From positions 303 through 64,302 of the forward strand of contig JASNZL010000009.1 of the NCBI GenBank assembly GCA_048499675.1: 64,000 nucleotides of DNA, in the 5' to 3' direction. Origin of the DNA: Candidatus Zambryskiibacteriota bacterium. GTDB lineage: Bacteria > Patescibacteriota > Minisyncoccia > Phycocordibacterales > WO2-35-19. The translations under genes and the position numbers were made by a program. The notes beneath the pieces were generated by a model. The model searched no databases. It worked only from the letters and a program-made list of their open reading frames with translations, and had not been told where the DNA came from. Shown piece after piece: positions 28,540-37,985 of this stretch. Position 1 is the first letter of the stretch, and each line of letters starts with the position of its first letter.

Positions 28540-28960
28540 TGTAATTCTAATTTTATTTTTAATTCGTCCCATCCGTCCTATCCGTCCTATTCATTTTTTA
28601 TTTGCCCTATCCGACCTATAAGTCCTATTTCCCTCCTCTGCCTTATTTGTCCTATCCGTCCTATTCGACTTATCCGTCCTATCAGTCCTATTCGACTTAT
28701 CCGTCCGATTCCCTCTCTCTTTTTCTTTCCTTTTTCGATTCGTCCTATCCGTCCTATTAGTCCTATCCGTCCTATTTCCCTCCTCTGCCTTATTTGCCCT
28801 ATCCGTCCTATTCGACTTATCCGTCCAATTCTCTCTCTTTTTCTTTCCCTTTTTAATTTGTCCTATCTGTCCAATTTTTTTATTTACCCTATCCAACCTA
28901 TAAGTCCTATCTGTCTTATTTGCTCCATCCGACTTATTGGTCCTATCAGTCCTATTTCCC
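28540..28960. repeat. 9-bp tandem repeat array 4
   Basis: Same units and blocks. Preceded by an AATTCTAATTTT AT-rich repeat at 28495-28560. Confidence 0.8.
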
Positions 28961-30991
28961 AATTAGATACAACTGCTTCACCTCCTCCGCCGACAACGCT
29001 CGATTATAAATCCGCACGTCGTCAATCGAGCCGTTAAAAAATCTATTTAACCCATTCCATTCAGAACCAATAGCTAAATTATTTGCATTAACTGTAATAT
29101 TACCAGTTGCAGAAATAAATTTATCTAACTGTCCATCAATATATATACTGAAACCTGTTTGGTCTATCGTGCACAAAATATGATACCACCTGTTAGTTTC
29201 AAGAGTGGCACCAGAACTATGATATCCTGCTGGACTTTTACCATATGCAAAAACTTCAATTTTCCCTGTTGGTACAATTGTTAAATAATATGTACCTTTA
29301 ATTATTACTCCCCTTCTATCCGCACCAGCCCAGGAATTTCCCTTTACCCAAGCGGACATAGTAATTTTTGTAACATCCAAATTGTCGCTATCATTTATTA
29401 TTACGTATTGATTTGTTCCATCAAACTCCAACGCCTGACCTATCTTACCAATAGTTGGTTTTGCACCAGTGATCGTTCCATTGTTCCCCTGCCCGCTCCT
29501 ATCATAAGCAGTCGTGCCCGAAATATCCTTACCATCAAAACTCCACAACCCAACCAAACCATCAGTCATTTTATTATTTTGGGAAGAGTTTATGGTCGCA
29601 CTACTCTGTTCATAAAGTTTTTGTATTTCTCCGGCTGATAAAGCTCGGTTGTAGATACGAACATCGTCTATTAGTCCGTTATAAGAGTAATCGCTATTAT
29701 GATAGTCTCTGCCAATTTTACCAAAAGTGGATATATTAACAGTTATCTGACCAGAATTTATAGGGCTATAAGCAACACCGTCAATGAATATTGTTACTGT
29801 CCCAGCATTGTAATCATACACGCCGGATACAAAATGCCATTTCCCGTCATTTACGTTCGCATTAACAAAAGCTTCATAAGCTGATGAGCCGTTACCAACC
29901 CATAAACCCACACGGTTAATATTTTTATATGTCATCAATTTTACTCCGTATAGATAGGTATTGTCTGTTGCCAAAACCGTTTGATGAGGTTTCCCAGTCG
30001 GTGGCCCGTTAGATTTCATCCATGCCGAAATAGTTTGAGAGCCTGTCAGTCCTGAATTTATTAAATTCACATCAACATAACTATTAATTCCATCAAAACT
30101 TAAAGCCTTCCCTCTCTTTCCATCCGTCCAAGTGGCGCCAATGATGGTCCCATTATTCCCATTCCCACTACTGTCTCCCGCAACTGTTCCAGCTCCTTCA
30201 TCAAACGACCAATACCCAACAAGTCCTTGATTAGAAACTGTTTTCCTTGTCGCTTGCCCGCTTGAATAAAGCCTTGCAATCTCTCCAGATGACAGCGCTC
30301 GATTATAAATCCGCACGTCGTCCAAAAATCCATCCAGTCTAAACGAATGAGTACCGAAAGTTAAATTTGCATTATTCGAAATAGATCCACTTCGACTTGA
30401 TATATTCACCGTATGCTTTAGAGTTCCATTTATGTAAAACTCCGCATCAGAACTCCTTCTATAATTCACCGTAACAAAATTCCACTCATTGTTCCCAACA
30501 TAAGTATTACCTGATGTGGTATTACAAGCAACATTACTAGAGACATCTTGGAAATGAGTACAAACTTCACCATTAAACATTCTGACAACAAAACCAGTGG
30601 TTACTGACCCATTACTACCATATTTATTAATTATACCAACATTACTTCTTGAATCATTTGTTTTGATCCAAAACGAAACTGAAAAATCTTGCGTCCCAAA
30701 GTTAAAAGAGTCTTTATTCCCAGCATTTACATACCCACTACTTCCATCAAGTTTTAATGCCTTCCCCCTTTTTCCATCTGTCCATTCTACACCTCCAACG
30801 AGTGTGCCATTATTCCCATTCCCGCTACTATCCCCCGCAACTGTTCCAACCCCTTCGTCAAAATTCCAATACCCTACCAAACCAAGGTTTGATGGGGGGC
30901 GCGCCAAAACCGCAGCAGTCGCTGTACGCGGAGTTGGTAAAGCTATAAACAGCAAACTAAATATGATTATTTTGATGAGAGCTTGTTGCAT
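28952..30991 (-). CDS. secreted protein with four LamG / concanavalin-A-like lectin domains (Laminin_G_3 type)
   Basis: Signal peptide. Fourfold repeat of the diagnostic motif (L/I)DDVRIYNRALS..EI..LY. Confidence 0.65.
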   Translation of the reverse strand: MQQALIKIIIFSLLFIALPTPRTATAAVLARPPSNLGLVGYWNFDEGVGTVAGDSSGNGNNGTLVGGVEWTDGKRGKALKLDGSSGYVNAGNKDSFNFGTQDFSVSFWIKTNDSRSNVGIINKYGSNGSVTTGFVVRMFNGEVCTHFQDVSSNVACNTTSGNTYVGNNEWNFVTVNYRRSSDAEFYINGTLKHTVNISSRSGSISNNANLTFGTHSFRLDGFLDDVRIYNRALSSGEIARLYSSGQATRKTVSNQGLVGYWSFDEGAGTVAGDSSGNGNNGTIIGATWTDGKRGKALSFDGINSYVDVNLINSGLTGSQTISAWMKSNGPPTGKPHQTVLATDNTYLYGVKLMTYKNINRVGLWVGNGSSAYEAFVNANVNDGKWHFVSGVYDYNAGTVTIFIDGVAYSPINSGQITVNISTFGKIGRDYHNSDYSYNGLIDDVRIYNRALSAGEIQKLYEQSSATINSSQNNKMTDGLVGLWSFDGKDISGTTAYDRSGQGNNGTITGAKPTIGKIGQALEFDGTNQYVIINDSDNLDVTKITMSAWVKGNSWAGADRRGVIIKGTYYLTIVPTGKIEVFAYGKSPAGYHSSGATLETNRWYHILCTIDQTGFSIYIDGQLDKFISATGNITVNANNLAIGSEWNGLNRFFNGSIDDVRIYNRALSAEEVKQLYLIGK

Positions 30992-31171
30992 CGTAATTAA
31001 CCTAATTATACTAATTAACCTAAATAAATCCTAAACCCTAATTAGAAATTAAAAATTCAGTAAAAATTTTTCCCTATACTTCTGCATAAGTTCAGAAACA
31101 TATGAGACTCTGATTTTTGATTTTATATGTCTTTTTATCTTAAATCTTAAATCTAATTTATTAACACACTC

Positions 31172-31702
31172 CTAAAACGAAAAACTCTCCACAAACATCT
31201 TAAGCAACTCCTCTTCTCCTTCCTCGCAAGTTACTTGATACAAAACTCCTTCCTGAATAAACCAAACATCCCAAACTCTTCCCATTGTCTCGTGTTCTGA
31301 AGCAAAACTCACAGCAGAAATTTTTGCCTTTGGTAATTCTATATCCAAAAGTGATTCTATTTTTTCACCCGCCAAATCTCTCCTTACAGTATTTGAATCA
31401 ACTTTTACACTAGTATCAACTTCCGAAATATAGACTTGCATTCCCTTTCCTTCCCTCAAAACCAAAATACCCTCACCAAATCCATCTTCTACAATAGATA
31501 GGGTGTGAGAACTTGGATAATCAAAACTAAAACCAAGTGTTGAATGGACAAATACCAACATCTCGGTTTTGCCATAAACCCCTTTTGTATCTATATCCAA
31601 AATATCACCAAGACTTCTAGGACCTTTTTCACCACCACTAAAGTAAATTATTATTAGAATAACAATCACCACAAACAGTCCTGTGTAAATCACCTTTTTC
31701 AT
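31172..31702 (-). CDS. membrane-anchored/lipoprotein-like small protein, unknown function
   Basis: N-terminal TM/signal segment. 176 aa. Confidence 0.35.
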   Translation of the reverse strand: MKKVIYTGLFVVIVILIIIYFSGGEKGPRSLGDILDIDTKGVYGKTEMLVFVHSTLGFSFDYPSSHTLSIVEDGFGEGILVLREGKGMQVYISEVDTSVKVDSNTVRRDLAGEKIESLLDIELPKAKISAVSFASEHETMGRVWDVWFIQEGVLYQVTCEEGEEELLKMFVESFSF

Positions 31703-31744
31703 ACTTTTGTTAATTTCTTTTTTATCTCTTTAACTTTACCGTTT

Positions 31745-32230
31745 CAACTCTCCCCTTTTATTTTATCTTGCCCCAATTCGTCCTATTTGTTTATCCACCC
31801 CATCTTCCTTTTTCCTTATCTGTCCTATTTGTCCTATGAGCCCCATCCGTCCTATTTCCCCTCTCTTTCCTCATCGGTCTTATACGTCCTATTTCCCTTC
31901 TCTGCCTTATTCGTCCTATTAGTCTTATTGGTACTATTTCCCTCCCCGCCCGCCATTCGTCCTATAAGTCCTATTTCCTCTCTCTTTTTCTTTCCCTTTT
32001 TAATTTGTCCTATCCGTCCGATTAGTCTTATTAGTCCTATTCGTCCTATTCGACCTATCGGTCCTATTTCCCTTTTATACGTCCTATTTGTCCTATCCGT
32101 CCGATTAGTCTTATTAGTCCTATTCGTCCTATTCGACCTATCGGTCCCATTTCCCTTTTATACGTCCTATTTGTCCTATCCGTCCAATAAGTCCTATTTC
32201 CCGCCCCCCTTCCTTCCTCTTACAACAAAC
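31745..32230. repeat. 9-bp tandem repeat array 5
   Basis: Contains an internal ~90-bp duplication (32030-32110 and 32111-32190). Confidence 0.8.
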
Positions 32231-32290
32231 CCATCCATTACCTCATAGTGATAATAGATGGGTTTTAATATCATATCCTTACCAAAAGCA

Positions 32291-34618
32291 CTACTCCTCT
32301 AACGGAAGTTCTGATCTTGATTGCGGATCCACATCAATTGGAGGAGTTGCTCCAGTAAAAGGATCTCTACCCGCCCTCAAATTATCAAGAATAAGAGAAA
32401 TTTCTTCACTGTCTGGATTTGTTGTAAGCACAGTTTCAAACACTGCAATTGCTTCAGCATCTCTACCCAGTTTATCGTAAGACAAACCTAAGAAATATTT
32501 TGCGTTGGCAAAATCTGGAACTAAAACAATTGCTCTCTCAAAAGCTTGGGAAGCTCCCAAAAAATCATCCCTATTATATTTTAGAAGACCCAATTGAAAG
32601 AATAGTCCAGAATTTGACGGGTCGACAATAGTTGCAGACTCTACAGACCTAATCGCGCCTTCTATATTATTTGTAGCCACCTCTATTTGAGCCAAAGTAA
32701 AATATGCATCGCTATAATTATTTTTCATTCGGAGAGCTTCAGCAATGTAATTTTTTGCTCCTTCCAAATCATTCTCTAGTGCACTAATTCTAGAAAATGC
32801 CAAAGGAATTGCTGGGTTATTTGGCGCTCTGTTCAATGCTTCTGCGTAAGCGCTCTTTGCATTCTCCAAGGAACCCTCTATTCCACTACCACCCAAAATC
32901 TCATACACTCTTCCCAGCGCAAACCAGTTTTGAAAATCCTTATTGTTCCAATTAATAGCCTCTCTTGCTGAAAGGATGGCATCTGATATTGCGCCCTGTA
33001 TTTCGTTTCTATCTGCCTCAGAAAGTTGCTCTGGATTAGATGCCCTACTTGCTATCTCAGAAATTCTTGCAACAGACAGTTCAGCCACACCTCTCCAGTA
33101 AACATCATTTTGAGTCAAATTAATCGCGCCTAACGCATTACCCTTCTGGAACATAGAAGTAGCGACCACCCTCTCCCACACAAAATATCCTCCGGCAATC
33201 GAAGAAATGAGAAGCACCACGATTACAAAAACCGAAGCAAAATTTGCTTTTGGATTTCTGAATATATTGAATTCCATATTTTCTGCAATTCCCTGCGCCA
33301 CCAAAGTCCCCGCAAAAATACCTGTAAAGATAAATGCCAAAGCCAAAAGCGCGATACTAGGAACATAAACAAACGCCATCACCCAAATAAAGAGGGATAT
33401 AAAGAACGTTGTAGTAGAGACAAATCTATTTCTCGAATCAGAACTTGAAGAAAATATTGCTTTATACCCCGAAAGAATATACAAGCCAAAGAAAAACAAA
33501 ATTGACAATATACCCAGCAGACCGATAGTTGAGAATAAAGTAAACACAAAACTAGAACCAAAGGCAAATTCAGAAGCCCAAAACTGCGTTAAGTTTATAT
33601 CAACCGGTCTTTGCAAATCCCACAACTCTTTAAACATATTAGGACCAACACCAAACACAGGATTTACCGAGAGAGAGTCACCAACAAGACTTAAGGTGGT
33701 TAGAGTATTTGGTCTAACTTCTACCATATTAACATTAAAAATATTAGACAAATATCCAGACAAAGCCCCCCCAGAGAGAATAAACACTACAGAAAGAATC
33801 AAAACGAAGAGTGAAGGAAATGATGCTTTTTGTGTTCCCTGAGTTCCTGACTGTGAAATATTATTCTGTGACCCAACTGACCAAGCAAAAGTGTAAACAA
33901 AATATATTAGAGAAAATAAACCAATTACAACAATTGCTGGCATAAATCCAGAAGCTCCAATAAACAAAACAGCAAAAGCAAGGACTACATACATTAGATA
34001 TTTTGTTCTATTGCTCAACGTAAATGTGTTTAGAATTGATAGGAGAGCAATCACAACAACACCCAAAAATATTGTGGTATCTATCATGCCACCAACCAAA
34101 AAATTAGGGATTCTCATACCAAAACTTTCTGGCAGTGACCCTGCAAAAATTCTAAGTAAAAGGTGGAGTATAACTACAACCGAAGACAACAGAAGCGCAT
34201 ATATTGATTTAATACCAATCCGCGCTTCTCCTCTTGACGCAAATATTGCGATGAAGAACAGGAGCGATAGTATAAAGAGTGAACCAGAAGTTCCTAAATC
34301 AAAGACTACACCCGCAACAGATTTTGATATTGCACCCGAGAAAAAAGAAGATATTAGAGCAAAAAGTGGCAACAGAGCAACTGGGATTAGAAACTTTGAT
34401 TTAGGAAAAGATATTTTCCCAGTTGAAAGAGTATTCCCCAAAAATGCCCCCAGAAACACAACGATTATAGTTGCCAAAAAAGCAACTTTGACAGAATACA
34501 AAGACAAAAAGAAGCTAGGTATAAATATAAGAGGAGTTAAGAAAACTAATAATAAGAGACAGTATTCAAAGATTTTTCCAAAATCAAACTTTGAATGCAT
34601 TTGAGTATTTTCTTCCAT
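32291..34618 (-). CDS. polytopic membrane protein (O-antigen-ligase/Wzy-like N-terminal domain) fused to C-terminal TPR repeats
   Basis: At least 12 TM helices over the first 450 aa. The C-terminus carries about 6 TPR-like repeats (AYAEALNRAPNN..., AKYFLGLSYDKLGRDAEAIAVFE). Confidence 0.5.
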   Translation of the reverse strand: MEENTQMHSKFDFGKIFEYCLLLLVFLTPLIFIPSFFLSLYSVKVAFLATIIVVFLGAFLGNTLSTGKISFPKSKFLIPVALLPLFALISSFFSGAISKSVAGVVFDLGTSGSLFILSLLFFIAIFASRGEARIGIKSIYALLLSSVVVILHLLLRIFAGSLPESFGMRIPNFLVGGMIDTTIFLGVVVIALLSILNTFTLSNRTKYLMYVVLAFAVLFIGASGFMPAIVVIGLFSLIYFVYTFAWSVGSQNNISQSGTQGTQKASFPSLFVLILSVVFILSGGALSGYLSNIFNVNMVEVRPNTLTTLSLVGDSLSVNPVFGVGPNMFKELWDLQRPVDINLTQFWASEFAFGSSFVFTLFSTIGLLGILSILFFFGLYILSGYKAIFSSSSDSRNRFVSTTTFFISLFIWVMAFVYVPSIALLALAFIFTGIFAGTLVAQGIAENMEFNIFRNPKANFASVFVIVVLLISSIAGGYFVWERVVATSMFQKGNALGAINLTQNDVYWRGVAELSVARISEIASRASNPEQLSEADRNEIQGAISDAILSAREAINWNNKDFQNWFALGRVYEILGGSGIEGSLENAKSAYAEALNRAPNNPAIPLAFSRISALENDLEGAKNYIAEALRMKNNYSDAYFTLAQIEVATNNIEGAIRSVESATIVDPSNSGLFFQLGLLKYNRDDFLGASQAFERAIVLVPDFANAKYFLGLSYDKLGRDAEAIAVFETVLTTNPDSEEISLILDNLRAGRDPFTGATPPIDVDPQSRSELPLEE

Positions 34619-34772
34619 TTTTTATAAATTATTAATATTAATTCCTGTTATTATTATATCACTATTTGTATATTTATTTATCAAGTTTTCCACACATATT
34701 TACGCTTACATAATAATAAGTATTTTCATATTTATGCTAGAATTAAATTAAGATTAAAACTAAAATATATAT

Positions 34773-35288
34773 ATGAATGAAATAAGATTCAGCCAACAAA
34801 ACAAGTCTCCAGAGATACAGACGGGACCCAAAGACAGCCTGTCACAAAAAGAAAATGTTCCAACCAAAAAAAGAGGCTTTTGGGTTATGTTAAAAAAAAT
34901 ATTTTTTACTCTATTTTTTATTTTAGTTATTTTACTCATTATCTTTTTTGCTAGAGACATTACAGTTAAATTATTAACAAAAGAACCAAACAATTATTCT
35001 GCAGTATTTCTTTCAAACAATCAGGTATATTTCGGTATAATGATAAAAAATTCAAAAGACGAACTTGTTTTAAAGAATGTTTTTTATGTTCAAGCAAATG
35101 AAAGTAATGACGGTGCAGGTACCCCCATCCAAAGTATTAACCAACCAAGATTTAATTTAGTAAAACTCGGCAATGAAATTCATGGGCCAACCGACAGTAT
35201 GCATATAAACAAATCTCACATAATGTTCTACGAAGACTTAAGAGAAGACAGTGTAGTGGTCCAAGCAATTAGAAACTACAAAGAATAA
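34773..35288 (+). CDS. membrane-anchored hypothetical protein
   Basis: TM helix at residues 40-60. 171 aa. Confidence 0.35.
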   Translation: MNEIRFSQQNKSPEIQTGPKDSLSQKENVPTKKRGFWVMLKKIFFTLFFILVILLIIFFARDITVKLLTKEPNNYSAVFLSNNQVYFGIMIKNSKDELVLKNVFYVQANESNDGAGTPIQSINQPRFNLVKLGNEIHGPTDSMHINKSHIMFYEDLREDSVVVQAIRNYKE

Positions 35289-35289
35289 A

Positions 35290-35460
35290 ACTTATTAGTT
35301 CCATTCGTCTTTATTTGTCCTATTTTCTCTTTTCCTTCCTCCTATTTCACTTTTCTGTTTCTTAATCAGACCTATTCCCCCTTTTTTCATCCGTCTTATT
35401 CGTCCAATAAGTCCTATTTTTTGCTCGTCCTATTGGTCCATTTAGTCCTATTACCTTATC
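35290..35460. repeat. 9-bp tandem repeat array 6 (short, degenerate)
   Basis: gtcctat/gtcttat units, same orientation. Confidence 0.65.
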
Positions 35461-37798
35461 TGAATTTCACTCCCCCTCTCACATTCACCGGCTTCGCCGG
35501 CGCACCTCCACTACCTGTCTCCCTATTCAAAGACTCAAGCCCCCCATATCCATAAAACGAACTCGGACTATTTTGGTTGTTGTATTCAGTCATCACCCAG
35601 TCACTACTTCTAACTCCTGCATACACCCTCATATTATCTATCCTTCCATTAAAAGTTCTTGCACCTCCAGTTCTATTCCCAATAAAAGCTGTATCAGGAG
35701 CATCAGAAACAATTGCCGTCACCCCATCCGTACCAGATGAATAAGCCGCCTCTACTCCATCAACATATATTTTTAATCCTGTGGCGCTCAGCGAACCATC
35801 CCACGTACCCACAACATAAGCCCACGAATTTCTAGTATAAATATCATTAACTGTTTCTCTAACAGGACGCCCAGCAGACCCAGATGAGTTAAAACCAAAA
35901 CCTATTCTATTTTGTGGATTTGGGTTATCTACAGTCAATATTCTTGGACCATCTGAGCTTCCTGATGGTGTTTTGCTGTAAATAAAGCCGAAACCATTTT
36001 GTCCAGCCCCAACAACATATATCCAAGAACTCATTGTTTGTGATCCAACGTCATCCAACGAAGAAGCAGAGCCGACATTAATTGAAGAAGTGCTTCCATT
36101 AAACGAACCCGCTCCATCAATTTTACCTGCAACAGCAGTAACATTAGAAGCAGTGCCATTATTAGCATTTGATGTAGAATCATTAGAATTTAAAGTCGTC
36201 CCATCTTTTAAATGCCAAGCTCCTCTATAACCCGTCCATACATTTGCAATATCTTGCTGGTCACTCGCCCCCGAATTCCCGAAGTACATATATATAGGTG
36301 TCTCCGAATTGTATGAAAGAGTCGGTATCTTCACCCAAGCAACTAGCTCTCCTGTAGAAGATACATATCTTTCAATCTCGTGACTTAGTTTGGTTGTCCC
36401 ATCACTTGAGGTAAATAATATATCTGTCCCGTCTGTCTTGCCCACCTTTCCACCACTTCCAGTGTGTCTCAAATCGCTGTCTGTGACAGATACGAGCATT
36501 GGGAAATCTGTTAGGTTTGATGAGCCAGAGACTTTGGTATTGTCTACGGTGATTAGTTTTCGGTGAGTCCATGTGCCTCCGGTCGAGTACCAACCATAAC
36601 TTATGTCTTTATTCCTCACTAAAACATTTGGGACAGTGTCAATTGGAGGCTCTTCCTCAGAAGAAAAAGTATAAAAAGTACTTGGACTATTCATATTGTT
36701 ATATTCAGTCGCTATCCAATCAGCTCCTAAAACATTTGTAGACAATCTCACTTCGTCTATTCCATCATCCCAAGGGTTTGTGGTTGCATTTGTCCTATCA
36801 CCAATTGCAAAATTGTTTGTGTTAGTTGGAATAGCGCTAGTAAAAGCACAAGTGCCAGCTTGTGAACCATCTGTATACAATCTAATATTAGAACCATCAT
36901 AAGTAACTGAAAATTGAGTCCATTTATTATGCATAAAATTTAAACCACCAACTCCTCCATAAACAGAACAACTGGCACCAGTAGTAAAACTCGTTTGAAT
37001 CAATTGTGAAGCGTGGTTAACAATTAAACCATACGTCCAAATAGATGAAGTTTTTCCTAATATATTACCAGAGTTTGTTCCTCCATCATCATATACCCAA
37101 GCTTGCATCGTTATACTATAACCTCCAATACTCAACGCTGCTTCGTGGTTTCTATATAGCCTGTCATCTGTTCCATCAAAATCTATAGCTCCAGCAATCT
37201 TGCCAGCAATCAAATCTCCCGTTGTCATAGAACCATTACTTGTAAGATGTAGAGCATTCGGTCCAGAATCAAGCATTTGAGGTGCAGAGCCAGAAGGGTC
37301 TTGGTTTAAGTGCCACACCCCAACATAATTACTCCAGACAGAGGTAATGTTCTGCTGATCACTCGCTCCCGAATTACCATAATAAATATATATCTCAGTA
37401 TCGGTGTTGTATGAGAGTGTTGGTATCTTCACCCAAGCAACTAGCTCTCCTGTGGTTGATACATATCTTTCAATCTCGTGACTTAGTTTGGTTGTCCCAT
37501 CACTTGAGGTAAATAATATATCTGTCCCGTCTGTCTTGCCCACCTTTCCACCACTTCCAGTGTGTCTCAAATCGCTGTCTGTGACAGATACGAGCATTGG
37601 GAAATCAGTCAGGTTTGATGAGCCAGAGACTTTGGTATTGTCTACGGTGATTAGTTTTCTGTTTGTCCAAGTGCCTCCGGTCGAGTACCAAGCACCCTCA
37701 GCCTCTCTCGTACTAAACAAATCCGTAAACACAATAACCGAAAGCAAAGTTCCCAGAAGTATCGTGATTATTATTATTTTTTTAAAATTTCTTTTCAT
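35456..37798 (-). CDS. secreted protein with two tandem DUF2341 + LamG-like modules
   Basis: Signal peptide. WYSTGGTWT.RKLITVDNTKVSGSSNLTDFPMLV (DUF2341-like) occurs twice. C-terminal DEVRLS..ADWIATEYNNMNSPSTFY LamG-type motifs. The two modules share ~280 bp of near-identical DNA. Confidence 0.5.
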   Translation of the reverse strand: MKRNFKKIIIITILLGTLLSVIVFTDLFSTREAEGAWYSTGGTWTNRKLITVDNTKVSGSSNLTDFPMLVSVTDSDLRHTGSGGKVGKTDGTDILFTSSDGTTKLSHEIERYVSTTGELVAWVKIPTLSYNTDTEIYIYYGNSGASDQQNITSVWSNYVGVWHLNQDPSGSAPQMLDSGPNALHLTSNGSMTTGDLIAGKIAGAIDFDGTDDRLYRNHEAALSIGGYSITMQAWVYDDGGTNSGNILGKTSSIWTYGLIVNHASQLIQTSFTTGASCSVYGGVGGLNFMHNKWTQFSVTYDGSNIRLYTDGSQAGTCAFTSAIPTNTNNFAIGDRTNATTNPWDDGIDEVRLSTNVLGADWIATEYNNMNSPSTFYTFSSEEEPPIDTVPNVLVRNKDISYGWYSTGGTWTHRKLITVDNTKVSGSSNLTDFPMLVSVTDSDLRHTGSGGKVGKTDGTDILFTSSDGTTKLSHEIERYVSSTGELVAWVKIPTLSYNSETPIYMYFGNSGASDQQDIANVWTGYRGAWHLKDGTTLNSNDSTSNANNGTASNVTAVAGKIDGAGSFNGSTSSINVGSASSLDDVGSQTMSSWIYVVGAGQNGFGFIYSKTPSGSSDGPRILTVDNPNPQNRIGFGFNSSGSAGRPVRETVNDIYTRNSWAYVVGTWDGSLSATGLKIYVDGVEAAYSSGTDGVTAIVSDAPDTAFIGNRTGGARTFNGRIDNMRVYAGVRSSDWVMTEYNNQNSPSSFYGYGGLESLNRETGSGGAPAKPVNVRGGVKFR

Positions 37799-37799
37799 T

Positions 37800-37985
37800 T
37801 TCTTTTTTTAATTGACCCTTTCTGACTTATACGTCCTACTTGGTCTTATTCGTCTTATTGGTCCTATTTGACCTATCCGACTTATTCGACCCATCGGACC
37901 CATTCGTCTTATTGGTCCTATTTGACCTATCCGACTTATTCGACCCATCGGACCCATTCGTCCTATCGGTCCTATGGATTTTCTG
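37800..37985. repeat. 9-bp tandem repeat array 7, including 2x a 54-bp unit
   Basis: tcgtcttattggtcctatttgacctatccgacttattcgacccatcggacccat appears twice. Confidence 0.75.

Noticed and set aside
27335-28962. ORF-track ORFs inside the arrays (e.g. 27619..27876, 27697..27933, 28591..28962, 31787..32248) encoding PIRPIR / GRIGLIGRI (Gly-X-Y-like) / NRTDRT / SYPSYP tripeptide repeats
   Set aside because: The open frames are a by-product of a T-rich 9-bp period with few stop-forming triplets. There is no RBS/start context, and the arrays are continuous with intergenic space. They are treated as non-coding, although translation cannot be fully excluded.
23041-37985. Possibility that the 9-bp repeat arrays are CRISPR arrays
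   Set aside because: The unit is only 9 bp with no unique spacers between repeats. The arrays are degenerate tandem satellites and no cas genes are present.
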